From positions 59,746,788 to 59,810,787 of the forward strand of contig CM120640.1 of the NCBI GenBank assembly GCA_051362555.1: DNA of 64,000 bases. The letters are read 5' to 3'. How positions within the stretch are numbered: position 1 is the stretch's first letter; every line of letters starts with the position of its first letter. A program made the translations under genes and the position numbers. Of this stretch, positions 60,101-64,000 are shown piece after piece. Under the pieces are notes generated by a model. That model saw nothing but the letters and a program-made list of their open reading frames with translations. It ran no database searches and had not been told where the DNA came from. The stretch comes from Lingula anatina. Its lineage: Eukaryota; Animalia; Brachiopoda.

Positions 60101-63100
60101 GCCCAGACCAAATACTTTAGGCCAGTAACCCTTGTGACTTTTGTAGTTTTAGTCGTCAGAATAAATTTTTAGTCGCATTTGACGAGCGGGCGACCGGGAA
60201 TTTCCAGCTCTGCTGATTACCAGTGATGACAAAATGACGAGAAAAAGGAAAAGCAAAGGAAAAAAACAACAGTCAATTAAAAGGTTTTGTCATGCAAGGT
60301 AGTCAAAGTTATTTACTATAGATTTCAGAGTCCGACATACCTACTTGCGATGGTTGCGTTTCGCAACTAGTTTTATCAGCCGGGCAACTAAAATTTAGCT
60401 GGTAGTTGCCCGGAAACGCAAGTGACTTTCGGCTGTTCACTTGCCCGGAAAATTTGAAGTGTAAAATTTATTATCACAGACAAAATAGATCGTTTATTAT
60501 TGGCAGTCATTTGCCGGTTGGAAACAAAGTGGTTTGCAGCAACCGGCTAGCTCCAGATTTGGCCAGCTTAGAAAACAGTTGAACTTGAAGTGCTGCGCTA
60601 ACAAACATAAATAAAAATTATCTTTCAACAAACTGTGAAATAATATTTCTAGTAATTATTTACAAATTGAAAGCAAAGGTTTAATTTTTATAAACAATTT
60701 AGTAAAACTTAAAAACGACGGGTGCCTAATGTTCCCGACTTGACCTACTTTTTTGTCGGCATCAATTTTAGGGAGAAACACTAGGAAGAGTAAGAAGTAT
60801 GAACATTTTGATTGATTAAAATGGCTAAATATGTAAATTTTGTGTCCCTTCTCAAATAGTATACTAAATATTGCTTGTTTGACAGAGACGGATACTGGGT
60901 GACTACTTGTCAGTGTCCAGACATTTTGGCGCCGTTCTCTATCTCTCCCTCTCCCAACTATTACAGAGCGCTTGTTTGACCTAGTTTTTTTAAAAACTTT
61001 ACTAAGGAAGCAGTTAGGCCAGGAGCATTTTTAAATCTCAGTCAAGAATAGATTGTAAATTTTTGGCTATGAAGTGCAGTCGTACTTGTTGTATTTTGAT
61101 TGTTTCTGTGGTAATTTAAAAGCAATGTAAAATCTCTAATAAATTACATGTTATATTTTCACCCCCCCCCCCCCCCCCCCACTGATTTTTGGAGAAAAAG
61201 ACAAAGAAACAACACTATAAGGTGTCATAGTAATTACACCTTGATGAGCATTTTTTAATTTTACCCCTTCATTTTGACAATTACCCCTTCTTTTTTTGGG
61301 CAAGGGGTACGGTACTCCCTTAGAAAAATCCTACCGAGTGCACTGGTCATTGATGTATATGATTTTTCCTTGATTTGTGTTTAACATTTTTGCATTCTGC
61401 CCATAGCAAAAACAGAACTGTATTAGTCTGTTATTTGACTGCATAAATCATGAAAATGGGTTGAGTTCTGCTGATTCTGTCTGAGTATTTTATGGGATAT
61501 CAATATCATAACTATAGTAATGGATGATACTTTTAACATTGTTCAATTTGGTCTGGTGTGTGTGTGTGTGTGTGTACACGCAATTAAAATTAATAAATAA
61601 ATAAATAAACAAAAGACATGGAATAACCCCGACTCCGAGTTTCACGGTCATACCCAGAAGGTATGCCCGATCGTCAGGAGGTTTATTTGAAAATGGTTTT
61701 ATTAGCCATTTTACATACACAGCATGATGACACTTACATTGCACGCCGTGTTAGTTACGTCACTTTATGCTGACACATGGTAATTATTTCAGTTCTTTTA
61801 TTGAGAGTATCTGGTGTTATCATTATCAACAGTTTTTCGTCTAAGTAAAGATTGCATAGGTGCTGATTTCTCCTTTGCAGCGTTGATTTCTTTATGATGT
61901 CCCATCTAATGTCATACTGGGTTTTATTTTCTGTTAATTTCCAAATGTATTTGGATAACTCAGTATCTGCAGCATATTTCTTGTCTCTAAATGACTTGGT
62001 GTGATTATTGTATCTCAACTTAAATTGGCCACCACAAAGCCCTATATATTTCATGCATTTGTCCTTAGTAGTGACTGATGCTTGGGACACAATGTTGCTA
62101 GACAAGCATTCCCCTCTCAAAGGACACTTACTAGGAGCTCTACAATTACATTTCTTATCTTGTGAATTGACATGCTGCATATAACTAAATCTATTTAAGG
62201 TTTCTTCATGCATTTTGTTTGTATATCAATCAATAAAACCAATATCAAACAAACAGTGTTTCTTTATTTGTACCTTCAGAATATTAAAGCATTATGAACA
62301 CTTCACAGAAATGTTTAAAAATGATGCAAAGAGATGTTTAATACTACCAAATTTATTAAAGGTCATTTCGGTCGATGCAATTTTGTCTACCTTGACTCAC
62401 ACGAAGCAGCCAAACTGTCGGGTGGCCTGTCCAACCTTCAGCCCATCAAATACCTCGACGCCCTTGTCGACCCTTTTTTTGCTACAAAAAAACTGGTATG
62501 TGCTGCTTTGGACAGAATGTCACTGAAACTTTCCGGGCGATAATCGCTGGCCGATGCCAGCCTTTCGCATAGGCTAATTGTAAAAAGGTGATATCTCCAT
62601 GCCTAATATCAATGGCATATCAATCCAAAATGACGGGCCCCGTTCTCTTTATGACTTTAATTGTCGTTTAATTTGAAAGTAATCCTAGAGACAAATTTGA
62701 CAGCAAAGCGGCCACATTTCCACGTGGAGACAATACGCATGCAGAGAAAGCTCATTTTCCGGCAAATTCAGTAACGACATTTGCGACAACCGACTTCGTT
62801 GGGGGTGTTTTTTTTTTTTTTTTTTTTTTTTTCAGAGAACGAACGGACTAAAATAGGTGCGCGCTCAGGATATCATCCATAAAAATAAAAAAAGTGTGGC
62901 CTAACTTACAATAAATGGAGATTGGGTCCTGGTTTTAAAGTATTCATGACAACCACAGGCCTACCCTACCCAACTACCAGACTCGGCACTGAATGATCCA
63001 GAATTCACCAGTATATCAGACCACACTACCCGTGAGGTGTGAGTCAGTACGCATTTCACAGTGTCATACCCCGAACAAATTTTGAGTGGTGATACAATAC

Positions 63101-63755
63101 TTTTCAACCCTGCTGAGAATCGTCACTATCACATCGCGTACTAGGCAAGAGCGGTGTCGTGTCTGATACTGTGAAATGCGTACTGACACACATCTTGAAA
63201 ACGGGTAATGTGGTCCGATCTACCGGTGAATTCAGGATCATTCGGTGCCAAGTCTGGTAGTTGGGTAGGCCTGAACCAGACTGTGTGTTTTTATGGTATT
63301 AGTTTAAGTTTGCCAGGATGCTTTTTATGAAATGCGGGTTAAAATCTGAAAGGCAACATACAACTGTATGATGGTATATTGAAAACTTTTTTTTTCCTTG
63401 AAACTGCAAATGGAACATACAAATATGTTGTATATATATGCAGTGTTCAAGGGCAACTTTTTAATCCATGGCAGTGGCCACTCATTTATTTAAAATTCAT
63501 GCCCTGAATTAAACAAGTAGACTCCTGCATGTTTATTACTAATAAATACATTTACTGGGATTTTTTTAAATAGAAATAAATTCCCCAACTTTTTTCTAGC
63601 TGGCAGACTTCCAGGTTGGTCCAGACCATGTTACTTGGAACAGAGTGTCCCTGGCTTCAGATCAATGGGTGTGCTGTCTACATGACCGGCTGGGGGAGGA
63701 CATGGAATCTGCACATACTAAGGAAGAGGGAAATCACAGGGAGAAATTGCAATGT
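57136..63755 (+). CDS. 5' part (exons 57136-57180 and 63600-63755) of a divergent clathrin heavy chain-like gene; continues beyond the window
   Basis: The in-frame phase-0 splice gives MEKDTPPVEVKEFIK|LADFQVGPDHVTWNRVSLASDQWVCCLHDRLGE..., which aligns by eye with clathrin heavy chain [42 protein letters not shown]. Donors AAG/GTACCG and TGT/GTAAGT; acceptor TTTTTTCTAG. Confidence 0.65.
61622..61687 (-). ncRNA. Type I hammerhead ribozyme associated with a Penelope-like element
   Basis: Minus strand: AATAAACCTC CTGACGA TCGGGCATACC TTCT GGGTATGACCGT GAAA CTCGGA GTC GGGGTTATT, i.e. stem I, CUGANGA, stem II, GAAA, minimal stem III, GUC cleavage triplet, stem I'. Confidence 0.8.
61755..62213 (-). 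mobile_element. Penelope-like retroelement 3' fragment (GIY-YIG endonuclease region)
   Basis: CNCR..CPLRGECL..NIV..YIGLC..FKLRYNNH..TELSKYIWKL..CNL..EKLLI pattern. No reverse transcriptase upstream (5'-truncated). Confidence 0.85.
62956..63273. mobile_element. Long-hairpin MITE with 5-bp TSD AACCA
   Basis: ~110-bp imperfect inverted arms (CAGGCCTACC..AACTACCAGACT.GGCAC.GAATGATCC.GAATTCACC..GTCAGTACGCATTTCACAGT); AACCA directly flanks both ends. Confidence 0.8.
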
Positions 63756-64000
63756 GTAAGTAAATAGGGACTTTATAGTGAACTGTATTTTACGGGGGGA
63801 TTGAATGATAGAGAAGAGTGGGTGAGTTGATTGTAAACACATTTCACTTGCATTTTGTTCTTGTAAATATAGGAATAAGACAACCTTAAATAATGTTGAT
63901 CTTAGAAGACAGAAGTGATAAGTATTAAATTAGTGCACTTTTAACCTGTCCCATAGGAATGTTCTGTGAGTTAACAATGTAAAATTAACACTTTTGTAGC

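Noticed and set aside
60322-60352. Possible extra 31-nt exon (ISESDIPTCD) in the clathrin-like gene
   Set aside because: Weak donor, it would disrupt the clathrin-like alignment, and it overlaps what looks like a CAGAG-type transposon end.
62215-62543. ORFs 62215-62526 and 62334-62543
   Set aside because: No recognisable family; they lie among repeat fragments in an intron.

Overview
AT-rich, intron-rich animal genomic DNA; the repeat families and protein style suggest a marine invertebrate, probably a lophotrochozoan such as a mollusc (inference). Spliced genes reconstructed by eye, in order: two tandem 12-exon beta-glucuronidase (GH2) genes on the minus strand (a canonical GUSB at 11790-17783 and a paralog at 3251-10798 with a remodelled active site), MAPK7/ERK5 (+), an intronless ZP-domain membrane protein (-), ARFRP1 (+), an XK-related scramblase with a ~650-aa tail (-), SGF29 (-), TLCD3/FAM57 (+), malectin (-), and the first two exons of a gene (+) absent from the ORF track that reads as a strongly diverged clathrin heavy chain N-terminus. 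Mobile DNA includes a decayed Tc1/mariner nested in a MITE, three Helentron-associated-type elements, several hairpin MITEs, and a Penelope-like GIY-YIG fragment followed by a hammerhead ribozyme. A 3'-truncated U6 snRNA copy lies just after the TLCD3 stop. The strongest leads are the divergent clathrin-like gene, the altered GUSB paralog with its 122-nt gene-conversion-like tract, and the hammerhead ribozyme. Exon boundaries were read manually and may be off by a few bases; no database searches were run.
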